Positions 38,403 through 47,927 of a stretch of DNA of 64,000 nucleotides are shown piece by piece; position 1 is the first letter of the stretch, and each line of letters opens with the position of its first letter. Made by a program: the position numbers and the translations under genes. Below the pieces are notes generated by a model. The model was not told the origin of the DNA, searched no databases, and saw only the letters and a program-made list of their open reading frames with translations. The DNA is from Fistulifera solaris (lineage: Eukaryota): assembly GCA_030295235.1 (NCBI GenBank), contig AP026148.1, forward strand, positions 1-64,000, in the 5' to 3' direction.

Positions 38403-39201
38403 ATGGGCCCTTTAAGGGGAGACCGAGGTAATACCAGATAGACTAGAGCCACGGGTGAGAAATTTTTGATGACCCTCTTGTCAGAGTAATTTTCTAAGGA
38501 TTGTTCAGTTTTATTGCGCAAGTAGATCCAGCTAAACTAGGCCGCAGCCTTAGCAAATCCCGAAGGAAAAAGGTTTCGACTATAAGTAGTCGCTACCTAG
38601 TCAAGAGGAGAAACTATAGATCCCTTCAATCACATCAAAAGATTTCCGATCACACCCCAGACTCCATCCAGCACCCAGTACGTACATTGATTGTGAAACA
38701 GTGATAAAACAAAGGAAAGAATTTAGTTCGATTTGTTATAATCGGGGCTGACACTTGAAACAAACCGTGACACATGGGCCCATTGCCCGCAATTCCTTAT
38801 CAGTAGGGATCCGAATAATCGAAATGGTATTTCGCCGAACCGTGAACCGACGAGTTTTAGTCATTACCAATTACCAGGTACTAGAGTAGACAGAGGCCGA
38901 TCCTGTGCGTGTAGTGGCGCTGGCGGGAAACGGTACTGCACGCTGGTCAAGAGTATATAACACGACCAGGAAAAGAAGAGGGGATCTTCTACTTTTCAAG
39001 GAATAGTCGTTAAAACAGAACGAGGCTGTGTTTCACGAGTTCAATACGATGCGCAAGGTGCGCTTTAAAGCAAAACAGATGCGGAAAACTTCAAAAACGT
39101 TTTATTCACGGTCAACGTGAACTAAAGACCCTTTTTTGAAATTAAAGCGTCGCTCTTATCCGACTTTTTACGACTAGATTGCCATTGATGCCTCTCATAG
39201 G

Positions 39202-40649
39202 ATGGCTGATCTATCTTGCCATTCGCATCATAGCAACAGCTCCTTACAAGATTTATTCGAGACTTCGCTGAATCGTTTCCTCGATGAGCCGGGCCATTTG
39301 AGTGCGTTAGAAATGGTACTCAACGATTCGTCCTATTTGAAGAACCATTGTTCGCACAACTCGAGCGGGTCTCTACTTGGCAATGGTACTAAATTGCTGG
39401 AAACCTCGGCGTCGTCGTTTGATCCGGAAATAAGTCAAGAATTTCTGAAAGGAGAAGTCGCTGACACCCTCATCAATCGAGCGAGGCATACGGATATGGA
39501 AGAAGAAATCAAGAAGCTACGAGAGGAAAAGATGAAATTAGAAGAGGATTTAAAGGCGAAAAGAGAAAGGAAGAAAAGAAGGGCTTTAAAAAAAAAAGAG
39601 GAAGGATGCAAAGAAGGAACACCAGGAGAAGGACGTTTCACCAGTTGATGATAATCAGGTATCTCTCGCAAATATAGACGAGGTACATCAAGAGAAAGCA
39701 CCCGAGAAGATTGAAGATGAATCGAATCGAGAAGCATCGGAAGAGGATCAAGCTCCGATGGGTTCTGTATTCATAGTCGAAACCGAATCATCAAACAAGA
39801 CATCATTTAAGCGAAAGGTTTCGAAGAAGGAGTCCAGTCGGCTTCGTGAACTCTACACAGATACTGGTAGTCTTATACTCGAAGGATACATTCGGGTTGA
39901 CGGTAGCCGACGGCGGCATTCATCTCATGAAATGCCTAGGAGCGTTTTGTCGGACTTTACCAACAGCGAAGAGGCAGAGACGAACCCCGAGAAAGAATCG
40001 ACCAAGGCTTCTGTCAGTGAGCAAGTTAATTTTGGAAAGGAAAAACGAAGACACTCTTCTTATGAAGTACCTCGACAAGCGCCAGAACGTAGAACTTCTT
40101 GTCTTATTCAAGAGATTGCAATTGTAAAAAAAGTCAAAGAAGGATCAGTCAAAGAAGGAGGGAACATTGCGAGAGGAAGGTAGCAAAGCACACGCAAAAG
40201 ACGACGAAGTAAACATAAAAGAAGGCAAAACAGCAAAACATGTAAAAAAGGACAAATGTAAAGACGAAACAGCCCTGAAGGCGACTAAAACCAAGGAGGA
40301 AGTTCCTTTGATCGAATCAGAAGTGAACGTCGCCAGAGACGAGGAACCAGAACCAGCAGCTCTGAAGTCAAGAGAGGAACGTTTGAAGAAGTTTGAAACA
40401 GAGAGAGGGTTGTCCTCGTCGCCTTGTAGGATTCGATCAAAGAAAAGAGCTGGTCTTGCAAACAACCCTCCTCCGAAGTGTATATTGGATGCTCTAAACT
40501 GGGCGTCGCGAAACGGTCTCTTTGGAATGAACAATGATCAGACGAGGCGAGCAAGAGTGATTGCTGCTCACCGTCGTGAGAAGTTTGAGGAATTGGTGTC
40601 TGAGTACGATCAAGGTGTTATTCGTCGTCGGCACTCCGTGTCAAGTTAA
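39202..40649 (+). CDS. Hypothetical Lys/Glu/Ser-rich protein (frameshifted)
   Basis: ORFs 39202-39648, 39758-40183 and 40167-40649. One break lies at or near a 10-A run at ~39590. The motif RRRHS recurs three times. Confidence 0.6.
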
Positions 40650-41044
40650 GCTAGCTACAGAGCCGCTGTATCACTAACAGCTAGTGAACGAAAGGACGTG
40701 CCATGACTTGTTGTAAATGCTCGTACCTGAATAACGTGATAAGTGATATTATTTGTCTATCATCAAATTTTCTAATCAGTTGTTTTCTTTCTTTCTGATA
40801 CTAGCGCTATAAATATTTCGTTCATGGCTCCAGAGCCTCAGGAAGAAAGTGGAAAGCAGGGAAAAAGTAAACTTGAGAGGGATCTGCGACGAATTTTGTC
40901 CAAAGAATCAAGAAATATTTTAGAAAAGAAACGTAAGATGATTCAAATGTATTCTTTTTCTTGATTAATTAAGTATGACGATGGCTAAAATGCGGGCAAT
41001 GCAGAAAGAACTACTCCGTAGTAATACGGAGTATAAACAATAAC

Positions 41045-41067
41045 TCGTGACTTAAATACAGTCGTGG
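41045..41067 (+). promoter_or_regulatory. Dyad element copy 7
   Basis: TCGTGACTTAAATACAGTCGTGG, ~240 bp upstream of the IF1-like ATG. Confidence 0.65.
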
Positions 41068-41307
41068 TTTGAAAAGGTCGCTTACACCTTGTACGTATAC
41101 AAACTATCCCGTAACTTATTCGAGACGGAGAACAAGTTCGCTTCGTGGGAACGCGATTCTCGTTGGTGCGAAGAAAAAAGATGTCACTTTTTCGAAAACA
41201 TTGTTCGAAGCGAATACGATTCATTGCATTCTCATTCTCATATTTTCAAACAAGCAACGCACTCATCCAATAAATTAAAATTAATAGAGGAGACAGAAAC
41301 CTTGAAG

Positions 41308-41728
41308 ATGCTTGCTATTGCACGCAAATCCGTAATCAGCAAAGCACCGGTTATGACAGTCGCAGCTTCGCGAGCGATGTCTTCATTTCAAAGACCATTT
41401 TCAACATCTTTAGGCGACATATTTCACGTTAAGGTACGAAGAAGTATTGTTGTATAGGGGAAACGTGACTAGAAAACACACTGATGTTCTATTCTTTCGT
41501 TTCTATTAGGAAAAAGTCGAAGAAGACAGATATATACGCAAGATGGAACAGCGTGGCGTCGAGCATCGTGACATGGCCAATCCTCAATGGAATAGCACTC
41601 CACCTGCCCACACCAGCAAAACACCCGAGCAACTAGCAATGCAAGAGATCCGGCGTATGTTAAATGAGAAAGACTATTTGACTTATCCTACACTGGAAGC
41701 GTTGGTGCAGTGGAAATTAAAAAAGTAA
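41308..41728 (+). CDS. Small mitochondrial protein, ATP synthase inhibitor IF1-like
   Basis: Presequence-like MLAIARKSVISKAPVMTVAASRAMSS. Intron 41434-41509 joins in frame to give GDIFHVK|EKVEEDRYIRKMEQ, resembling the IF1 inhibitory segment (F.KRE.AEE.RYFR). Confidence 0.65.
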
Positions 41729-41864
41729 TTGTTTCCAGATTGTATGATATTTTGCATCCTACAAGTCGGTTGTCTATTTCAACATTACGTTTTCTTTATC
41801 TGCACAAAATTACTATTAAGTAGAACAATTTTTACTCATTTGTCGTGCTCTTACAACTCAGCCA

Positions 41865-44294
41865 TTACAACGACGTTTTCAGCGGACGTGGAATCGATGC
41901 ATCATACAACGCGGCACGGGTGGACTGCGTAGCACGCAACCATTTGGATACTTCGTCCGCCACAATCTCGGGTACTTCATCGTGTGGACAGTGTCCAGCT
42001 TGAATTGGAACTGCTGTTACACCAGCTCGTAATGCTGCAAAGCGCTCCATTCGATCTTTTGCATCATTCAAAGGGTCTAATACACCCTGTGCGATCAATA
42101 CAGGGCGGTTCGCAAACGTTGCCTCGGGCGATTGCGTGGCCCCCGCTCCAGCGACGGCTTGTAGCAGTTCGTTGGCCGTACGAGGGAGCGGTAATTTTGC
42201 GCCGGCCATCATGACATAAATGGCGCCTGGATCCAGGGAGTCTCGTCGAATATTCTCGCATAAATCGGAATTGACGGCAGATGGATTAGTCGGATACAAA
42301 TTTACACAAATCGACTCTATGCGAGGCCGCAAATATTGTAGGAGTATATTACCAAAGGCTCTTCCCACCCAACGGGGCGGCGGAGAACAGGGAGGGAGTA
42401 GCTGTTGTTGCGTTTGTTGGGCGACACTCAGTTTTGTCTTGTCATCCGCCATGATTTCTTCCTTCGTCCTAACTGGACCAGCCGAATTGAGCAAAATCAA
42501 CCCTGTGCATGATTTTGTTCCAAGAGCTCCGCTGGCCGACAATGGATTAGACGAGCAGGCCATGTCACTGGCAGCCAACGACAATGCTGTGTATCCACCG
42601 ATACTGTTGCCGCCTACAGTATATGTATCATGTTGCATGATTTCTTTCACAAACGCTAACATTTGACTCTCCCACAGGTATCCAGTGTAACTTAGGGCAG
42701 GCTTCTCGGAGTGACCGAACCCCAACAAGTCCGGACAAAACGCTGTATGAGCTGTGTGTTGCTGAGGATATTGTTTTTGAAGGGCTTCCACTGTTCCTTT
42801 CCATTGCACTCCCGACGCACCGAAGCCGTGGACCCACAGAAGTGCTTCCTTTGGAGACTGCTTTGGTGATGAATTGGGGTTGTTTGTAAGATCGGTTTGA
42901 AAGTAACGACACAGAAAGCCATGATACCGCCAGTAATTGGCCGAAGGCTCCTCATGTAAATGCTGCGTCGCCAGCTGAACATGCCATTCACGTGCTAAAA
43001 CCATGGACTGCAGTGGTGTCTCTTTCTTGAAGATAGCAGACCAGGGTTGGTCATTCGTTACTGATAAAGCATGAATACGTCGCGAACTGACGGTCCCCAA
43101 GAACATGGGCGCACTCAAAAAGCGGATGATGCTTTCGCCAGGAAGCCAATTGAGTGGCTTTCCTGAATTGTTTCCAGTCTCCTTCTTCGAATCTGAATTG
43201 CTGCTTTGCAGTTGCCATTGCATCGCCGCATGCTCTAAGCTATTCGGATTGGCCTGTGCGACTGCCCGCTTCGGTGAGGAGAACCACAAGGCATCATCTT
43301 GTTGACAGTCTTGGACGTAGGACCTGACTTGGTCAAGAGCAAGTCGACATCCAACCGTCTCGTAAGGTAAACCTCCCCAATGGGTCGCGTAAAGACCTGT
43401 ATTCCGATTGGCGGCGCTGCTGCTCGCGTCATATCCGATTTGTTCCATGAGATCTTTGCCAGTGGGCAAGGTGGTGGATGTGAATAAGGGCATGTAGGAA
43501 GAAGATGAACCAGAAGCAGCCTGAATAACATCCAATGGTGCCTCATAAGCGACAGACGCATACTGTGCTTGATACGATGGATAATCGTTGGGAATGGTAT
43601 CAATGTCATCGATCGGAATGTCACGCAACAACGCTTTCCACGGTCGAATCGTTATTTTCTCGTCCAAAGTCGTTTGTTTTATTTCCGATAATAGATGTGC
43701 ATAGGGTCCATATTGTATGGAATTATCCGCAGGCCCTAAATCACAAACGTGAATGCTGATGTGCGACGCGTCAGTGCTGTCGTCGCTGTCCTTCAATTTC
43801 GACAATGCGTCTCGAACGGTCTCTTGTATAACGGACAGGATTGACGATTTCTTACTACTAGCCAAAGTAGTGCCATCCCCTTGGCACGACACATACGACA
43901 GGTCTAATTTGAAATCTTGTTGCAGCGATTCTTGTAATTGTTGCAAGGCTTCGGTCAATAAGTGACAGGTATCATACGTATGCGCTTTCATCCCCGGAAT
44001 ATTCTGAAGCATTTGAGTTTTCCCTACAAACATAGGTAATACGAAAGAGCGCGGTGCATTACCGTTTACAGTTTCTTCTCGAGTTGCTTGTAACGCATTC
44101 CATAAGCCAACATGATCGTCGACACGTAAATCGCCGACTCCAAACAGAACGACTTGTACGTTCGTCGACGTTGTCTTTGCAGATAGGGATGGCGTCCATG
44201 CGTGAACGATCGTTACCGACGAATACGTGCAGAGGAAGCACAAGACGTACATCAAGATGTACCTAGGAGAGCGTTGCTGTTGAAGATTTCTCAT
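41865..44294 (-). CDS. Truncated photolyase/cryptochrome-like domain fused to alpha/beta hydrolase (pheophytinase-like), probably plastid-targeted
   Basis: Leader ending VHA-WTP. Photolyase-type motifs DLRVDDH and LSAPMFLGTVSSRR...REW. Hydrolase motifs VHGFGAS, PDLLGFGHSEKP, GNSIGG and AGHCPHDE. Confidence 0.88.
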   Translation of the reverse strand: MRNLQQQRSPRYILMYVLCFLCTYSSVTIVHAWTPSLSAKTTSTNVQVVLFGVGDLRVDDHVGLWNALQATREETVNGNAPRSFVLPMFVGKTQMLQNIPGMKAHTYDTCHLLTEALQQLQESLQQDFKLDLSYVSCQGDGTTLASSKKSSILSVIQETVRDALSKLKDSDDSTDASHISIHVCDLGPADNSIQYGPYAHLLSEIKQTTLDEKITIRPWKALLRDIPIDDIDTIPNDYPSYQAQYASVAYEAPLDVIQAASGSSSSYMPLFTSTTLPTGKDLMEQIGYDASSSAANRNTGLYATHWGGLPYETVGCRLALDQVRSYVQDCQQDDALWFSSPKRAVAQANPNSLEHAAMQWQLQSSNSDSKKETGNNSGKPLNWLPGESIIRFLSAPMFLGTVSSRRIHALSVTNDQPWSAIFKKETPLQSMVLAREWHVQLATQHLHEEPSANYWRYHGFLCRYFQTDLTNNPNSSPKQSPKEALLWVHGFGASGVQWKGTVEALQKQYPQQHTAHTAFCPDLLGFGHSEKPALSYTGYLWESQMLAFVKEIMQHDTYTVGGNSIGGYTALSLAASDMACSSNPLSASGALGTKSCTGLILLNSAGPVRTKEEIMADDKTKLSVAQQTQQQLLPPCSPPPRWVGRAFGNILLQYLRPRIESICVNLYPTNPSAVNSDLCENIRRDSLDPGAIYVMMAGAKLPLPRTANELLQAVAGAGATQSPEATFANRPVLIAQGVLDPLNDAKDRMERFAALRAGVTAVPIQAGHCPHDEVPEIVADEVSKWLRATQSTRAALYDASIPRPLKTSL

Positions 44295-44674
44295 TGCTTG
44301 AATATACGACGATCTCTCCGTTTCACCGTTTCTGTGTAATCGTTCGGACTGCAACACGCTTTTCGCAACGTCGTTTGCACTTGACCTGTCGAAAGAAGAG
44401 GAAAGAACTTTTTCTTTTACTGTGCAGAAGGTAATTAATGGAAAGGAGGAGGCATAAGATGTTTGTATTTGCTAGGTTTTCTTTCTCGCGGTATTGCGTT
44501 TTTTCGTTTTGCGCTGACGCCAAAAACGCACACGGTGGCCGATCAACATGTCAGTGTCTACTGAGACATCAAGACGTTCTGCAGAAAGCAAGTCACCCCG
44601 CATTCCTAACCGATAGCCTCTCCTGAATCCCGTGTTTTCTTCTTCGTCCAATGATAGCTCTAGCTAGAACCAAG

Positions 44675-45532
44675 TCATGGCTCTAATTCATCTTCTTGTT
44701 GATGATGCCGATGCTCGTTTAAAGAAGAGGCGTCACGTTCTACGTCTTGAATTCTAACCATGTTCGTGAGTTCGACTGATCGATTTGGAGGAGGGACTTG
44801 TTGTTCCAGCATGAGTTCTATATTGAGAACACGCGATTCTCCTATTACATGTATTGTCGCGACCCGCCATTCATCGGCCGTAAAGAGTTCTTGACGACAA
44901 TAAGGGCACTCATCGTGCTGCTTCGCCATCCACTCCATGCAACATGAATAATGAAACATATGTTGACAGGTAGTGCCTTTCAAAATATACACGCCCGACT
45001 TGAATGAATTCAGACATATTGAACACGATAAATTGTCCTCTGAGTTGCGTTGTTGCATTTGAGGTCGCCATCGCTCTGATTTGGGAAAGATTCGTGCGAG
45101 TATTTGGGATCTTTCACGTATCGTCATGCAGGGAGAATATCGCCCGGTTCCCGAACTCACTCGATTTACGTCACGGTTTGATTCTGGTGCATCCAGAGAA
45201 ATTAGTCGGGCACAAAAAGTATACCAAAGCCAATATCGGTAATGAAACATCGCAAAGGCAACCACAAGCACAAACGGTCCAATTAGCGTAACCCATTTGT
45301 GCCAATCAGTTGACGAATTGTCGCCGGAAGTAGACGAAAGATCACGCTGCACTTTGAATAAGCTCTTTATATTGGATAGCGTTGCATATTCACTACTAGA
45401 TCTTTCCTCAGTATTGTCTCGTAGACCTCGTAATACATCATTGAAACAAAGGATGGACTTCATTTGCAGCAGTAGCGATATAACAAGCGCGAAAGTCCTC
45501 TCGTAATACGAAAGGTCGAAAGAGACTCGCAT
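44675..45532 (-). CDS. Transmembrane RING-H2 finger protein, paralogue of 11435-12316
   Basis: TM helix plus CSICLNSF...GTTCQHMFHYSCCMEWM...DECPYCRQELF. Shares LARIFP with the other copy. Confidence 0.9.
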   Translation of the reverse strand: MRVSFDLSYYERTFALVISLLLQMKSILCFNDVLRGLRDNTEERSSSEYATLSNIKSLFKVQRDLSSTSGDNSSTDWHKWVTLIGPFVLVVAFAMFHYRYWLWYTFCARLISLDAPESNRDVNRVSSGTGRYSPCMTIRERSQILARIFPKSERWRPQMQQRNSEDNLSCSICLNSFKSGVYILKGTTCQHMFHYSCCMEWMAKQHDECPYCRQELFTADEWRVATIHVIGESRVLNIELMLEQQVPPPNRSVELTNMVRIQDVERDASSLNEHRHHQQEDELEP

Positions 45533-45696
45533 ACGAAAACGAATGGGAATGTTGTTTTATGCTGCTATACGTTATGCGTTACAAATGGCGAACTTGTTTA
45601 CAAAGTATTGCATTCAATTCAATACGATTGTAAAGACTGCGGCGACACAAGCTACCACTAAGGCTACGAGTTACCGAAAAGAAGTCTGACGACGAC

Positions 45697-45719
45697 TCAT
45701 GGCTGAAATGCAGTCGTGG
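45697..45719 (+). promoter_or_regulatory. Dyad element copy 8
   Basis: TCATGGCTGAAATGCAGTCGTGG, upstream of the RING-H2 gene. Confidence 0.65.
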
Positions 45720-46288
45720 AGAAAAACGGGCAACATTTTCACCAATAGTAAATTTTGACATCATTATTTGACTAAAAGACGATCTGCGCAACTTTTAGTC
45801 ATGATAAAATCGTCACAACATCAACACGAATACCTTCCCCTACCTATTATTCCCCTAAAAATCTTTTAGGTGCAGAATTGTGAAACGATCAACGGTGTTT
45901 CTACGTATGTCAGGGAACTGCGTTAAAATTCTTCCTCGTCGTAAACGCTACGTAGAATCTTGTACTGGGAGGCAGAATTTTAACGTCCTTCCCAGACCCC
46001 TCTAAATTTCAAAGCGTTCGTACTGTAGAAAGGTGTTCATCACTGATGCAAAAATAGTGCCTGTCGCAATTTGTTCGTCGCTCAATGATGAAAAGATACC
46101 GAAAAAGTGGAGAGCATATTTCCAGGGTAATGAACAAGAGCAACGAATTAATAGTACGTTATCGTTTTATTTCCGAATGCGCCGCCTCGTGGTCAGTCAC
46201 TACTTCAATCACTTCTTCCATCTAATGACTCAATTTTTCATAACTAATTCTTGACTTTCGTAAATTACCAATACTCTCGCAATCATCC

Positions 46289-47244
46289 TTACTCCGACGG
46301 CAAGTACCCATGTTCGACGTTGTAACGTTGGAAATAATCTTGCAAAAAGTGACGTCCTTCGTGAAACAACGACAAACTGATAATCGCCTTGGCAATACCG
46401 ATTCCTTGTCCTCGGAAGATTCCGCGCATACCGAACGTGGTCATATCGTGGAACATTTCCTTGACGGCGTCTTGAACGGGAATCGATTTACCTTGAATCG
46501 AATTCGTTTGCATAATAACTTCCAGACGACTCAACGGGTTCGTCACCACAACGTAGATGGGAGACACGACACTGGAAGCAATCAAGCCCGTGGCGGAACG
46601 TCCCCAATTGGTCTTGTCGCCGACTTCCTTTTGAATGTACTTTTGTAGACGCGGTTGACCAACCAAACCGAGCAAGGCCGATGCCATCGAGTGCCCCATG
46701 AGCGGGATGGATCCACGGAAGAGCGGAGCAAACTTTTGAGCGGCGGATTCTTTGAGAATATCCCAAATGGGCTTGGCTTTTCCGGTTTGTCGGAAATAGG
46801 CGCGTTGCTGCTTTTCGATCATGCGAATGGGGTTAATGAAAGGTGCCGAGAGAATAGAAGCCGCAGTGGCGGCAGCGAAACCAGGATTCTCGCCTTCCCC
46901 GAGGAAGAAGGAAAAGCCGAGAAGAATACCGAACTTGGGAACTCGTTTGAAGCCGACACCGATCAAACGAGGCGTCACACCCGAAAGGGACGCCGAAATA
47001 GGATGAGCAACAAACACAGCGCGTGCTTCCTTTACAGCGATGCGAGGATCTACCGGCTTACCAGCGGCATCCTTTGCATATTGCTGCACAAGCTGACGGT
47101 AAGCAGTCACAGGATTATCGACGATAGTCTGAAAAGCAGAGCCTCCTAAGTACGCGGTGAGTGCTTGTGCTTGCGAAAGACCTGTCTTTTCACGACGAAA
47201 AAGTCAGCGGGGATAAACGGAATAGAGGAAGCGTTTGAACTCAT
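46289..47244 (-). CDS. Mitochondrial carrier family (SLC25-like) protein, divergent signature
   Basis: Threefold repeat with P at the start of each signature (NPVTAYRQ, NPIRMIEK, NPLSRLEV), plus LFRG and GMRGIFRG. ATG 47244 needs one frameshift. Confidence 0.8.
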
Positions 47245-47608
47245 ATTGTAATCTTATCGTTTGTTTTCTTTAACTGTAAATTCAGAAGAAACAAAGCTGC
47301 TTGCTGTTACAAAACAAAAGACAATAACAGCAACAAAGAGTAGACGACGACAAGAAAATGTCGACGGCAATGCTGCGCAACGCTGCTTAACTTTTTCAAA
47401 ATGACCGGTATGCCGCAAAGATACATATTCGCGCACAATAATGTAGTAGTACCTTCTTGATTGATTGATGCGACACTGACGATGCAGGTATTATTTTAAA
47501 TAAATCACATTAATGACGTTTTCAAATTAGCAATGAAACACGATTCGGAGTAATGTATAGACTTTGAAGTAGTCTTGGGGACGGTTGGTCATGGACCACT
47601 TTCACGAC

Positions 47609-47830
47609 ACCCGACTGAATGCAGTCGTGGTAAAGTTGATAGAACACTTTGTCCTACAGTGTAGAGTCCAATGTTAGAAGGAGCGATTGACCGTCTCTAC
47701 AAAGGAGTCCTTTGGTTTAATCCCAACCAGTGCATTCTTTAAGTATAGCAGCAGGTATTTGTATCATGAGATCAAGTAGAAATGTCGCTCTACAGGAAGT
47801 CGATGATTCATGACTGAAATGCAGTCGTGG
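47609..47830 (+). promoter_or_regulatory. Dyad element copies 9-10 (47609-47630, 47808-47830)
   Basis: CCGACTGAATGCAGTCGTGG and TCATGACTGAAATGCAGTCGTGG. Confidence 0.65.
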
Positions 47831-47927
47831 TGAAGTGCCGCTTACACAATGGGTCAATACAACAGTACCGGTAAGAGGTAAGAAAGGTTTTAAATTGTCT
47901 CTCTTTTTTTTCTCTCGATGTATTTTT

